From Atribacterota bacterium (GTDB lineage Bacteria > Atribacterota > Phoenicimicrobiia > Phoenicimicrobiales > Phoenicimicrobiaceae): DNA of 42,583 bases. The DNA is taken from assembly GCA_038203565.1 (NCBI GenBank), contig JBBRDV010000006.1, forward strand, positions 1 through 42,583. The letters run 5' to 3'. The position numbers and the translations under genes are program-made. The notes under the pieces are model-generated. The model did not search any database and was not told where the DNA came from. It saw only the letters and a list, made by a program, of their open reading frames with translations. Numbering within the stretch: the stretch's first letter is position 1; every line of letters begins with the position of its first letter. Positions 9,272 through 18,229 of the stretch are shown here, piece after piece.

Positions 9272-11185
9272 TTAAGATAAGCTTTTTTCTTCGGCCTCTT
9301 TTAAAATATCTTCGATAAACTTGGTTAATTTTATCTTCCCTAAGTCTCCTTTTCCCCTCTTTCTTACCGAAGCAAGATCCTCTTCTACTTCCTTATCTCC
9401 GAATATCAGCATGTAGGGGATCTTTTCCATCTCAGCTTTTCTTATCTTAGCTCCAATTTTATCATTAATCTCGTCTAATTCTCCCCTTATACTATATTTA
9501 CTTAATTCATTCATTATCTTTTTGCCATACTCAATATGCCTATCAGCAATGGGCAATAATTTTACCTGAACAGGGGCTAACCACAAAGGAAATGCTCCGG
9601 CATAATTTTCAATAAGAATTCCGATAAATCTCTCCATGCTTCCCAGAACAGTTCGGTGCAGCATAACCGGTCTTTCCTTATTCCCTTCTTTATTGATATA
9701 GTAAAGATCAAATTTTTCCGGCATAATAAAATCTAACTGGAAAGTGCCGCACTGCCAGCTTCTACCTATGCAATCCTGTAAATGAAAATCTATTTTGGGA
9801 CCGTAAAATGCCCCATCACCTTCATTCACAACATAATCTATCTTTTTGTCTTTTAAGGCTTCTTCCAAACTGCTGGTAGCCTTTTCCCATATTTCATCAG
9901 AACCCATGGCATTTTCCGGTTTAGTGCTTAATTCCACACGATAGGAAAAACCAAAGGTCTTATATATCCTATCAGCCAAATCAATTACTCCTCTTATCTC
10001 ATCTTTAATCTGCTCCTGTGTCATAAATATATGAGCATCATCCTGGGTAAAAGACCTTACCCTGAAGAGTCCGTGAAGTACCCCGGATAACTCATGTCTA
10101 TGCACTAACCCTAATTCTCCCATTCTAAGCGGCAAATCTCTATAACTGTGAAGGGTAGTTTTGTAAATTAAAATTCCTCCGGGACAATTCATCGGTTTAA
10201 TAGCATAATCTTCCTCATCTATCCTGGTAAAATACATATTTTCCTTATAATGATCCCAATGTCCGGATTTCACCCATAATGATTTATTTAAGATAATCGG
10301 AGTTTTGACTTCTGTATAACCACTCTTACAATGTTCTTCTCTCCAGTAATCCTCCAGGATATTTCTTAACACCATCCCTTTCGGATGAAAGAAAGGGAAA
10401 CCAACTCCCTCATCATGAAAGCTGAATAAATCTAAATCTTTTCCCAATTTTCGATGGTCTCTCTTTTTTGCTTCTTCAATTAATTTCAAATAATTATCCA
10501 GTTCGGATTTTTTATCGAACGAGGTTCCGTAAATACGCTGCAGCATCTTATTTTTTTCATTTCCCCTCCAGTATGCTCCGGCAATACTTAAAAGTTTAAA
10601 AGCTTTTAACTTCCCGGTAGAAGGAATGTGCGGGCCTCTACATAAATCAACAAAATCCCCCTGCTGATACAAGGTAACCATATCATCTTCTATATCCTTA
10701 AGGAGTTCTGTTTTATAATCTTCTTCTTGTTCTTTAAATAATTTTTTAGCATCTTTTTTACTTATCTCTGTCCTTATTAAAGGAAGATTTCTACCTACTA
10801 TCTCTTTCATCTTTTTCTCAATAAGTACTATATCCTCCGGAGTAAAGGAACGGTTTAAATCAAAATCATAATAGAAGCCATCCTTAATGGCTGGTCCAAT
10901 GGCCAGTTTTACCTGGGGGAATAATTCCTTTACCGCCTGAGCCATAATATGTGAACTGCTATGATGATAAATTTCTCCGCCTTCAGGTGAGGCAAAAGTT
11001 ATAATCTCAATCCGGTCATTATCCTTAAGAGCATAATTCAAATCCTTTTCCACTCCGTTTACTACACCGGCAATTGCCTCTTTGCCTAATTTTTGGCTTA
11101 TTTTGACAGCAGCATCGTATAAAGTAGCTCCTTTATTCAATTTTATTTCCGAACCATCTAATAAAACAACTTTAATATTTGACAT
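9272..11185 (-). CDS. thrS: Threonine--tRNA ligase
   Basis: TGS domain, DLCRGPH, KPMNCP, GAFYGPKID. Probable start is the ATG at 11185 after AAGGAGGT. Confidence 0.98.
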   Translation of the reverse strand: MSNIKVVLLDGSEIKLNKGATLYDAAVKISQKLGKEAIAGVVNGVEKDLNYALKDNDRIEIITFASPEGGEIYHHSSSHIMAQAVKELFPQVKLAIGPAIKDGFYYDFDLNRSFTPEDIVLIEKKMKEIVGRNLPLIRTEISKKDAKKLFKEQEEDYKTELLKDIEDDMVTLYQQGDFVDLCRGPHIPSTGKLKAFKLLSIAGAYWRGNEKNKMLQRIYGTSFDKKSELDNYLKLIEEAKKRDHRKLGKDLDLFSFHDEGVGFPFFHPKGMVLRNILEDYWREEHCKSGYTEVKTPIILNKSLWVKSGHWDHYKENMYFTRIDEEDYAIKPMNCPGGILIYKTTLHSYRDLPLRMGELGLVHRHELSGVLHGLFRVRSFTQDDAHIFMTQEQIKDEIRGVIDLADRIYKTFGFSYRVELSTKPENAMGSDEIWEKATSSLEEALKDKKIDYVVNEGDGAFYGPKIDFHLQDCIGRSWQCGTFQLDFIMPEKFDLYYINKEGNKERPVMLHRTVLGSMERFIGILIENYAGAFPLWLAPVQVKLLPIADRHIEYGKKIMNELSKYSIRGELDEINDKIGAKIRKAEMEKIPYMLIFGDKEVEEDLASVRKRGKGDLGKIKLTKFIEDILKEAEEKSLS

Positions 11186-11206
11186 AATACCTACCTCCTT
11201 ATAATT

Positions 11207-11280
11207 AAACAAAAAACTTCTTGTCCTGTATCAGAAAAGGACGAGAAGTTTAATTTAATAATCTCGCGGTTCCACCTACT
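11207..11280 (-). ncRNA. T-box antiterminator/terminator module upstream of thrS (no Stem I found)
   Basis: AGG-TGGAACC-GCGAGA...TCTCGT-CCT antiterminator. Overlapping terminator AAACTTCTCGTCCT/AGGACAAGAAGTTT plus U tract. Confidence 0.85.
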
Positions 11281-11319
11281 GTTTTCCACGCAATCTTATT
11301 TTATCTTTTGATTTTGAAA

Positions 11320-11394
11320 TGGTGGGCGGTACTGGATTCGAACCAGTGACTTCTTGCGCGTCGAGCAAGCATTCTACCGCTGAATTAACCGCCC
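11320..11394 (-). tRNA. tRNA-Val(GAC)
   Basis: Cloverleaf with encoded CCA; anticodon arm CTTGC-TCGACGC-GCAAG. Confidence 0.93.
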
Positions 11395-11431
11395 ATTCTC
11401 TTTAGACTTTTAATCGTCACTCAAAATTAAA

Positions 11432-11505
11432 TGGAGGCGGCACTCGGATTCGAACCGAGGATGAAGGATTTGCAGTCCTCTGCCTTACCACTTGGCGATG
11501 CCGCC
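11432..11505 (-). tRNA. tRNA-Cys(GCA)
   Basis: GGCGGCATCGCCAAGTGG...CTGCAAA...TCCA. Confidence 0.97.
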
Positions 11506-11525
11506 ATATTTAATTTTTATATAAA

Positions 11526-11600
11526 TGGAGCGGAAAACGGGATTTGAACCCGCGACCCTCGCCTTGGCAAGGCGATGCTCTACCACTGAGCTATTTCCGC
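11526..11600 (-). tRNA. tRNA-Gly(GCC)
   Basis: GCGGAAATAGCTCAGTGG...TTGCCAA...TCCA. Confidence 0.97.
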
Positions 11601-11608
11601 AATAAACC

Positions 11609-11684
11609 TGGTGCCGAGACCCAGAATTGAACTGGGGACACGTGGATTTTCAGTCCACTGCTCTACCGACTGAGCTATCTCGGC
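11609..11684 (-). tRNA. tRNA-Phe(GAA)
   Basis: GCCGAGATAGCTCAG...CTGAAAA...ACCA. Confidence 0.97.
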
Positions 11685-11728
11685 ATTTATATTTATAATC
11701 GCCTTACATAATAATATTATTAAAAAAA

Positions 11729-11807
11729 TGGCGGGGCCGACGAGATTTGAACTCGCGATCTCCTGCGTGACAGGCAGGCGTGTTAAACCAAGCTGCACTA
11801 CGGCCCC
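11729..11807 (-). tRNA. tRNA-Asp(GTC)
   Basis: GGGGCCGTAGTGCAG...CTGTCAC...GCCA. Confidence 0.97.
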
Positions 11808-11828
11808 TTTATGTTTTTATTAAAAAAT

Positions 11829-11904
11829 TGGTAGGCGGAACAGGGCTTGAACCTGTGACCCCTGGCTTGTAAAACCAGTGCTCTCCCAACTGAGCTACCC
11901 GCCC
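11829..11904 (-). tRNA. tRNA-Val(TAC)
   Basis: GGGCGGGTAGCTCAG...TTTACAA...ACCA. Confidence 0.97.
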
Positions 11905-11933
11905 ACTTATTTCTTTTTTTCTATGCAAGTGAT

Positions 11934-11962
11934 ATTATAACATCTCTCTTTTTCTTTGTCTA
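11934..11962 (-). promoter_or_regulatory. Sigma70/SigA-type promoter of the tRNA-thrS transcript
   Basis: TAGACA-17 bp-TATAAT with extended -10 TG, about 30 bp upstream of the first tRNA. Confidence 0.75.
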
Positions 11963-12020
11963 TAATAATATTAGCATAATATTTAGTAATTTTGCAAATT
12001 TTAGTTTAACTAAAAAGTAG

Positions 12021-12050
12021 TGTAGGAGCACGATGCATCGTGCTCCTACA
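12021..12050. repeat. Perfect 30-bp palindrome, GTAG-type REP-like
   Basis: TGTAGGAGCACGATG|CATCGTGCTCCTACA. Confidence 0.9.
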
Positions 12051-12134
12051 AGTTAATTATTATTGTGGATAGACAACAAAGTTTACCCCTACTAATTTAA
12101 CTACTATATTTATTCTTCTTCACTATATACTAAT

Positions 12135-12581
12135 TTAAAATGGAATATCGTCTTCTGATATTGAGGTATCTTCATTTAATGGTTCATCAGAAACATTTTC
12201 TTCGCTCTTTGCGGGACCTTCTTTTGCAGCACCTGCATCTTTCACTAAATCTAAAAATTGTACAGTTCTGGCGTTAATTTCAAAAGAAGTTCTCTTGTTT
12301 CCTTCTTTATCCTGCCAATCATTAGACCTTAATTCACCACTTATAGCCACCCTTCTGCCTTTTTTTAAAAACTGTGAAACATTTTCTGCCTGCTTACCCC
12401 AGGTTGTTACATTTATAAAGAGAACTTCTTCAATGTTATTTCCTTCCTGATTTCGATACGTTCTGTTTATGGCAATGCCAAACTTACATACCCCTGTCCC
12501 GCCTGGTGTATACCTTAGTTCCGGGTCTCTGGTTAATCTGCCGATACCGATAAAACTATTTAAATCGCCAAAAGTAGCCAT
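12135..12581 (-). CDS. ssb: Single-stranded DNA-binding protein
   Basis: GRLTRDPELRYTP and C-terminal DDIPF; ATG at 12581 after AAGGAGG. Confidence 0.97.
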   Translation of the reverse strand: MATFGDLNSFIGIGRLTRDPELRYTPGGTGVCKFGIAINRTYRNQEGNNIEEVLFINVTTWGKQAENVSQFLKKGRRVAISGELRSNDWQDKEGNKRTSFEINARTVQFLDLVKDAGAAKEGPAKSEENVSDEPLNEDTSISEDDIPF

Positions 12582-12624
12582 AAAAATATTTCCTCCTTTT
12601 ATTGTTTTTTGATAATTTTTATAA

Positions 12625-12649
12625 CGGGGTTGATGAATCAAACCCCTAC
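12625..12649. repeat. GTAG-type REP-like hairpin
   Basis: Reads GTAGGGGTTTGATTCATCAACCCCG on the minus strand; a 14-nt core recurs at 39321-39334. Confidence 0.7.
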
Positions 12650-12660
12650 CTTTATTTTAT

Positions 12661-15162
12661 TTATTTTACCACAATATTTACCAGTTTCCCAGAAACAACA
12701 ATAACTTTTATAATCTTTTTGCCTTTAATTTTTTCTTGCATTTTTGGCAGAGAAAGTGCTTCCTCTTTTATTTTCTCATCATCGTAAAATGCAGGAACTG
12801 TCAATTTCCCTCTTAGTTTTCCATTTATCTGGACTATAATTAGCTTTTCCTCTTCTTCTAACATCTTCTTATCATACTTAGGCCAGGGCTGCATATAAAT
12901 GCTTTCTTTGTTCCCCATCTCCTGCCATAGCTCTTCTGAAAAATGAGGAGCGATAGGACCTAAAAGCCTGACTATCATTTCCAAAGCCTCTTTTAAAATA
13001 AATACATCTCCTTCTTTCCCCTGTTTTTCTTCTGTTTCTAACTGAAATTTGTATACTTCATTGACTAATTCCATAATGGCACTAATGGCGGTATTAAAGT
13101 GAAATCTTTCTTCGATATTTTCGGTAACTTTTTTAATGGTTTGGTGGGTCTTCTGCCTTATTTTTTTAGCTTCCACACTTATATCTTCCGGGGAAACTTC
13201 TTCTTTATTTTTCGGCTTTTTAAAATAACCAATATTATTGTAGATTAACCGCCAAACTCGATTCAAGAATCGAGATGCTCCATCCATCCCTTTATCCGTC
13301 CATTCCATATCTACTTCCGGAGGACCGGCAAACAGCATCATTACCCTGGTAGCATCGATACCGAATTTTAAAAATATTTTTCCCGGATTAACTATGTTAC
13401 CTTTTGATTTAGACATCGCTGCCCCATCTTTGCAGACCATCCCCTGAGTAAAGAGCCTTTTGAAGGGTTCTTTAAAATTGACATATTTCAAATCATATAG
13501 AACTTTCGTAAAAAACCGAGAATATAGTAAATGCAGTATGGCGTGCTCTACTCCACCGATATACTGGTCTACCGGCATCCAATATCTTAATTCCTCAGCA
13601 TCAAATGGCGCCGTAACAGTTTTAGGAGAACAAAATCTAAGGTAGTACCAGGAAGAACAAACAAAAGTATCCATAGTATCTGTTTCTCTTTTAGCTTCTT
13701 TACCGCATTTTGGACAAATTGTATTGACAAAGTCTTTGCTACTTGCCAGTGGTGACATACCTTTAGGCCTGAAATCAACATCTTCCGGCAGCAAAACCGG
13801 TAAATCACTTTCAGGTACGGGAACCATACCACAGTCGGAACAGTAAATCATAGGAATAGGTGCACCCCAATAACGCTGACGCGAAATAAGCCAATCTCTT
13901 AATCTAAAATTGACCTCTTTCTCCCCAGAGCCTTTTTCAATCAAATAATCAATTATAACATCCAATGACTTACTGCTTGGTAATCCGTCAAATCGGCCGG
14001 AATTAACCATAATGCCTTCTCCGTCAAAAGCAGCCTCCATTGTATCAGAGGTAAATTTTTTATCCTTTGGCTGAATAACTATTCTTATAGGTAAATCATA
14101 TTTTTTAGCAAACTCGAAATCCCTTTGGTCATGAGCCGGAACTGCCATTACCGCACCTGTTCCATAATCCATTAACACATAATTTGCTAACCAGATGGGG
14201 ATTTCCTCGTTATTAATAGGATTTATCGCATATTTACCGGTAAAGCATCCCATTTTTTCCATTACCCCTGATAGCCTATCTATAGTACTCTCTTTGCTTA
14301 CTTCTTCTTGGAAACTCTTAATTTTATCTTTATAAGGGGAATCTTTTATTATCTCTTCTACTAAAGGGTGTTCGGGAGATAATAGAAAATAAGTTGCTCC
14401 ATAGAGAGTGTCGGGTCGGGTAGTAAAAACCGGAATAGTTTTATCACTCCCTTTTATGGGAAATTCAATCCTTGCTCCCTCGCTCCTGCCTATCCAATTT
14501 CTCTGCATAGTTAATACTTTTTCTGGCCATTCCTCTAAGCATTCTATATCATCGAGTAACCTCTGGGCATATTCGGTAATCTTGAAAAACCATTGGGACA
14601 ACTCTTTTTTAACAACTTCAGTATCACACCTCCAACATTTTCCGTCTATTACTTGTTCATTAGCTAATACTACATTACAGGAAGGACACCAGTTAACTAC
14701 TGCTTTTTTCTTGTAAGCTAATCCTTTTTTGTATAACTGTAAAAACATCCACTGAGTCCACTTGTAGTAATCCGGATCACAGGTGGCTATTTCTCTATCC
14801 CAATCATAACTGATACTCATATTGGTTAGGGTATTTTTCATCTTTTGAATATTGGTTTTAGTCCAGATTGAAGGATGAATTTTATTTTTTATAGCAGCAT
14901 TCTCCGCAGGTAAACCAAAGGCATCCCAACCCATGGGGTGCAGGATATTATATCCTTGAGAATGTTTGTATCTGGCCACTACATCACCGATAACGTAGTT
15001 TTTCACATGTCCCATGTGGGGTTCACCCGAAGGATAGGGGAACATTTCCAAAACATAATATTTCGGTTTTTTATAATCGACATAAGATTTAAAAAAATTA
15101 TTTTTTACCCAATATTCTCGCCTTTTTTTTTCGACTTCACTAAAATTATATCTATCTTCCAT
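12661..15162 (-). CDS. leuS: Leucine--tRNA ligase
   Basis: MFPYPSG, HMGH, TTRPDT editing domain, [12 protein letters not shown]. Confidence 0.98.
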   Translation of the reverse strand: MEDRYNFSEVEKKRREYWVKNNFFKSYVDYKKPKYYVLEMFPYPSGEPHMGHVKNYVIGDVVARYKHSQGYNILHPMGWDAFGLPAENAAIKNKIHPSIWTKTNIQKMKNTLTNMSISYDWDREIATCDPDYYKWTQWMFLQLYKKGLAYKKKAVVNWCPSCNVVLANEQVIDGKCWRCDTEVVKKELSQWFFKITEYAQRLLDDIECLEEWPEKVLTMQRNWIGRSEGARIEFPIKGSDKTIPVFTTRPDTLYGATYFLLSPEHPLVEEIIKDSPYKDKIKSFQEEVSKESTIDRLSGVMEKMGCFTGKYAINPINNEEIPIWLANYVLMDYGTGAVMAVPAHDQRDFEFAKKYDLPIRIVIQPKDKKFTSDTMEAAFDGEGIMVNSGRFDGLPSSKSLDVIIDYLIEKGSGEKEVNFRLRDWLISRQRYWGAPIPMIYCSDCGMVPVPESDLPVLLPEDVDFRPKGMSPLASSKDFVNTICPKCGKEAKRETDTMDTFVCSSWYYLRFCSPKTVTAPFDAEELRYWMPVDQYIGGVEHAILHLLYSRFFTKVLYDLKYVNFKEPFKRLFTQGMVCKDGAAMSKSKGNIVNPGKIFLKFGIDATRVMMLFAGPPEVDMEWTDKGMDGASRFLNRVWRLIYNNIGYFKKPKNKEEVSPEDISVEAKKIRQKTHQTIKKVTENIEERFHFNTAISAIMELVNEVYKFQLETEEKQGKEGDVFILKEALEMIVRLLGPIAPHFSEELWQEMGNKESIYMQPWPKYDKKMLEEEEKLIIVQINGKLRGKLTVPAFYDDEKIKEEALSLPKMQEKIKGKKIIKVIVVSGKLVNIVVK

Positions 15163-15180
15163 TGTTGGATATTCCTCCTT

Positions 15181-15532
15181 AAAAATAAAAATCCCGCCTC
15201 AAGTAATTAATTAAATTATTACCAGGGACGAGATTCTTCTCGTGGTACCACCCTTGTTCAGTAGATTTTATACATTATAATTTGGTGGAGCTGGCGGGAA
15301 TCGAACCCGCGACCTCCTCCACGCCAAGGAGGCGCGCTCCCGACTGCGCTACAGCCCCACATTATCTACTCTTATTAAACAATTAACGCTTGTCAACGTT
15401 GTAAATTTTATTTAAATCAATATTTTTGATTTAATTTTTCGCTTACAAAACTTGAAGGTGAGTTTAAAGGTTTTTATCAGCTTTCACCAGATGCCGATTC
15501 TCTTTTTACGAATATACCTTTCAATCCTTCGC
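15181..15532 (-). ncRNA. T-box riboswitch (Leu specifier CUC) upstream of leuS, containing a tRNA in Stem III
   Basis: Stem I helices GAAGG/CCTTC and AAAGGT/ACCTTT, AGAGA bulge (15499-15503), GGTGAAAG apical loop (15481-15488), CTC at 15460-15462. T-box AAGGGTGGTACCACG (15241-15255), then terminator and U tract. Confidence 0.92.
15283..15358 (-). tRNA. tRNA-Ala(GGC)
   Basis: Complete 76-nt cloverleaf with G3:U70 Ala identity pair, loop TTGGCGT and encoded ACCA. Confidence 0.97.
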
Positions 15533-15561
15533 TCGGTCTTTTTCTTTCTCAGTTCGTTTTT

Positions 15562-15590
15562 AGTATAATTGAAAAAAAAATAAATGTCAA
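15562..15590 (-). promoter_or_regulatory. Sigma70/SigA-type promoter of the leuS leader
   Basis: TTGACA-17 bp-TATACT. Confidence 0.85.
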
Positions 15591-15714
15591 TTAGTTAGTG
15601 AAATCACCTCAACATCATTGATTCATAAGTAATAACAAAAAAAATAAGGAAAAGAAAAATTAATAAAATAGATCTTTTTTTGTTTTGCAGCTTCAAATTA
15701 ATCATCCTTTTAAT

Positions 15715-15757
15715 AAAGATAAATAAAGTGCAGGACCATTTGCTTAGCCCTGCACTT
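15715..15757 (-). terminator. Rho-independent terminator after the small ORF
   Basis: AAGTGCAGG...CCTGCACTT followed by TATTTATCTTT. Confidence 0.75.
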
Positions 15758-15820
15758 ACAGAAACGTTTCTTTCAATTTTTGGTAATTGAATATTAATTC
15801 ATTTTTCAATTCTATACTGC

Positions 15821-15889
15821 TTATGCTCCGTAATAGAAGAAGAAATACACTACTGCCGCAACAATTGCTGCCCACCAATACCATGCCAT
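15821..15889 (-). CDS. 22-aa hydrophobic small protein MAWYWWAAIVAAVVYFFFYYGA
   Basis: ATG preceded by AAGGAGGTGA; a single hydrophobic segment; own promoter-like and terminator elements. Confidence 0.7.
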   Translation of the reverse strand: MAWYWWAAIVAAVVYFFFYYGA

Positions 15890-15958
15890 ATTATTTCACC
15901 TCCTTTTTTTATAATGATTTTTAGTGTTGATTAATAGATAGCTTTATCTTTATATAAT

Positions 15959-15987
15959 ATATTCTATATCTAATTTAAAAATCCTTC
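15959..15987 (-). promoter_or_regulatory. SigH-like promoter
   Basis: GAAGGATTT-11 bp-ATAGAATAT matches the Bacillus SigH consensus RNAGGAWWW-N11/12-RNNGAATWW. Confidence 0.55.
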
Positions 15988-16021
15988 TTTTTTTAAAAAA
16001 ATATTTTAAATTTTTTAAAAA

Positions 16022-18121
16022 TTACTTTTTTTCTTCCTCTTCTTCTTTGTTTTTAGCAATTATTTCCTGTACAATATTTGCAGGCACCTCTTCAAAATGG
16101 GAAAATTTCAAACCAAAAGTTCCTCTACCTTGAGTAATTGACCTTAAATCGATAGCATATTTAAAAATTTCTGCTTGAGGTATTTTAGCTTTAATAGCCT
16201 GTTTTCCGCTTGAAGATTCTTCCATACCCATTATTTTCCCTCTTTTGCTATTCAAATCTCCGATTATATCTCCCATATATTCTTTTGGCACTATTACTTC
16301 TATATCCATAATAGGCTCTAATAAGACCGGGTTAGCTTCTGCTGCTCCTTTTTTAAAAGCCATCGAACCGGCTACTTTGAAAGCCATTTCTGAAGAATCT
16401 ACCGGGTGATAACTGCCGTCATAAACACTAGCCTTTATATCTACGGTGGGATATCCTGCCAATACTCCTTTTTGCATTGCTCCAACCACCCCTTTTTCCA
16501 CTGCAGGACGATACTGACGCGGAATTACTCCCCCAACTATTTTATCTACAAATTCAAAGCCCTCTCCCCTGCCTTTGGGTTCAAGCTCTAACCAACAATG
16601 TCCATACTGTCCTCTTCCACCAGACTGCTTCTTGTATTTCCCTTCTACTTGAACTTTTTTTCGAATAGTTTCTTTATATCCTACTTTAGGAGTACTCTTT
16701 TCAACCTCTACTCCAAATTTACTTTCCATGGTATCAATAATTACTTCCAGGTGGGATTCTCCCATGCCAGCTAATATACTCTCTCCGGTATCTTCATCGC
16801 GATAAATTTTAACCGTAGGGTCTTCATCAATTATCTTACTTAGAGCAGTACTTAATTTATCCTCATCTCCCTTGGTTTTGGGAGAGATAGCCAGCAACAT
16901 TATTGGTTCGGGATATTCTATTTTTTTAAATAAAACAGGATTATCTTTATCGCAGAAAGTATCACCGGTAACAGTATTCTTAAGTTTGGCTACAGCAGCT
17001 ATATCTCCCGCATAAACCTCAGGAATAGAGTGTTGATTCTTACCCTGCATTTTATAGATCTTTCCTACTCTGTTATCTACATTTTTTGAAGAATTATAAA
17101 TATTTGAATCTTCGGGCAATTTCCCTGAATACACCCTAAAATAGGTTAAATTTCCCACGTAGGGGTCTGCTACAGTTTTGAAAACAAAAGCAGAAAAGGA
17201 GGAATCAACAGTATTTTCTATTAATTCTTCAGAAGAAGTTTTTACATTTTTCGCTGCAATGGGAGGCATTTCAGATGGAGAAGGAAGGTATTCGCCAATA
17301 AAATCAAGAAGAAGTTCTATTCCTAAATTCATGGTGGCTGAGCCGCAAAGTATGGGAACAATCTTGCCTTCCTTTATTCCTTGTTTTAACAAAGAAGTAA
17401 TCTCTTGGTTAGTCAAAGTTTCACCGTCCAAATACTTCATTAAAATTTCATCATCAAATTCAGCTACTGCTTCTACTAATTCTTTCCTGTAGGATTCTGC
17501 CTCTTCTTTCATATCCTGGGGAATTTCTTGTTCTTCAAAAACCGGTTTACCCTCTCCTGATTTTTTATAAATCACGGCTTTCATCTCTATTAAATCGACT
17601 ATACCTTGGAAATTTTCTTCCTTACCAATGGGTAACTGTATTGAAATTGCGAATGAACCAAAAATTTCATTAATCATATCTTTTACCCGGTAAAAATCAG
17701 CTCTTTCCCGATCCATTTTATTTATAAAAATAGCACGGGGTAGTTTATATTCATCAGCAAAATTCCATACTTTTTCTGTCTGCACTTCTACTCCTGATAC
17801 CGCACATACAACTATTATGGCACTATCAACTACTTTAAGGCTTAATTTGGTATCAGTGATAAAATCAAGGTAGCCCGGGGTATCGAGAATATTTACCATC
17901 AAATCCTTCCAATTTAAATAAGCTAAAGAAGGATTGATAGTTATTTCTTTCTTTATTTCTCTGGGGTCATAATCGGTAGTGGTATTACCTTGTTTGATAT
18001 CTCCCAATCTAGTAATCATTCCTGCATCATAAAGCAAAGCCTCGGTAAGCGAGGTTTTTCCAGAATCACCATGGCCTACCAAGGCAATATTTTTTACTTT
18101 ATTAATATCATATTTGGTCAT
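16022..18121 (-). CDS. fusA: Elongation factor G paralog (EF-G2 type)
   Basis: GHGDSGKT, DTPG, NKMD, KQSGGRGQYG. The G2 motif diverges (KEITI rather than RGITI) and the gene is outside the str operon. Confidence 0.92.
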   Translation of the reverse strand: MTKYDINKVKNIALVGHGDSGKTSLTEALLYDAGMITRLGDIKQGNTTTDYDPREIKKEITINPSLAYLNWKDLMVNILDTPGYLDFITDTKLSLKVVDSAIIVVCAVSGVEVQTEKVWNFADEYKLPRAIFINKMDRERADFYRVKDMINEIFGSFAISIQLPIGKEENFQGIVDLIEMKAVIYKKSGEGKPVFEEQEIPQDMKEEAESYRKELVEAVAEFDDEILMKYLDGETLTNQEITSLLKQGIKEGKIVPILCGSATMNLGIELLLDFIGEYLPSPSEMPPIAAKNVKTSSEELIENTVDSSFSAFVFKTVADPYVGNLTYFRVYSGKLPEDSNIYNSSKNVDNRVGKIYKMQGKNQHSIPEVYAGDIAAVAKLKNTVTGDTFCDKDNPVLFKKIEYPEPIMLLAISPKTKGDEDKLSTALSKIIDEDPTVKIYRDEDTGESILAGMGESHLEVIIDTMESKFGVEVEKSTPKVGYKETIRKKVQVEGKYKKQSGGRGQYGHCWLELEPKGRGEGFEFVDKIVGGVIPRQYRPAVEKGVVGAMQKGVLAGYPTVDIKASVYDGSYHPVDSSEMAFKVAGSMAFKKGAAEANPVLLEPIMDIEVIVPKEYMGDIIGDLNSKRGKIMGMEESSSGKQAIKAKIPQAEIFKYAIDLRSITQGRGTFGLKFSHFEEVPANIVQEIIAKNKEEEEEKK

Positions 18122-18229
18122 ACAAGCCTATCCTCCTGATTTTTGATCAATTAATTTTATTATATTTGATTTATTGACTTTAATTCTATCAGATATATTT
18201 AAATATATCAAAGAAATTAACTCACAAAT

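Noticed and set aside
11311..11427. ATTTTGAG/TTCAAAAT complementarity around tRNA-Val(GAC) as a Stem III equivalent for the thrS T-box
   Set aside because: Only 8 AT-rich pairs in a very AT-rich context; cannot be told from chance without covariation.
11580..11798. 72-aa ORF on the minus strand
   Set aside because: Overlaps the tRNA-Asp, -Phe and -Gly genes; a translation artefact.
13400..13425. LeuRS KMSKS motif reads AMSKS
   Set aside because: The first position of this motif varies among class I synthetases; the catalytic second lysine is present.
11320..15358. tRNA genes as integration sites of a genomic island or prophage
   Set aside because: No integrase, phage or transposase genes and no duplicated tRNA 3' ends were seen in the window.
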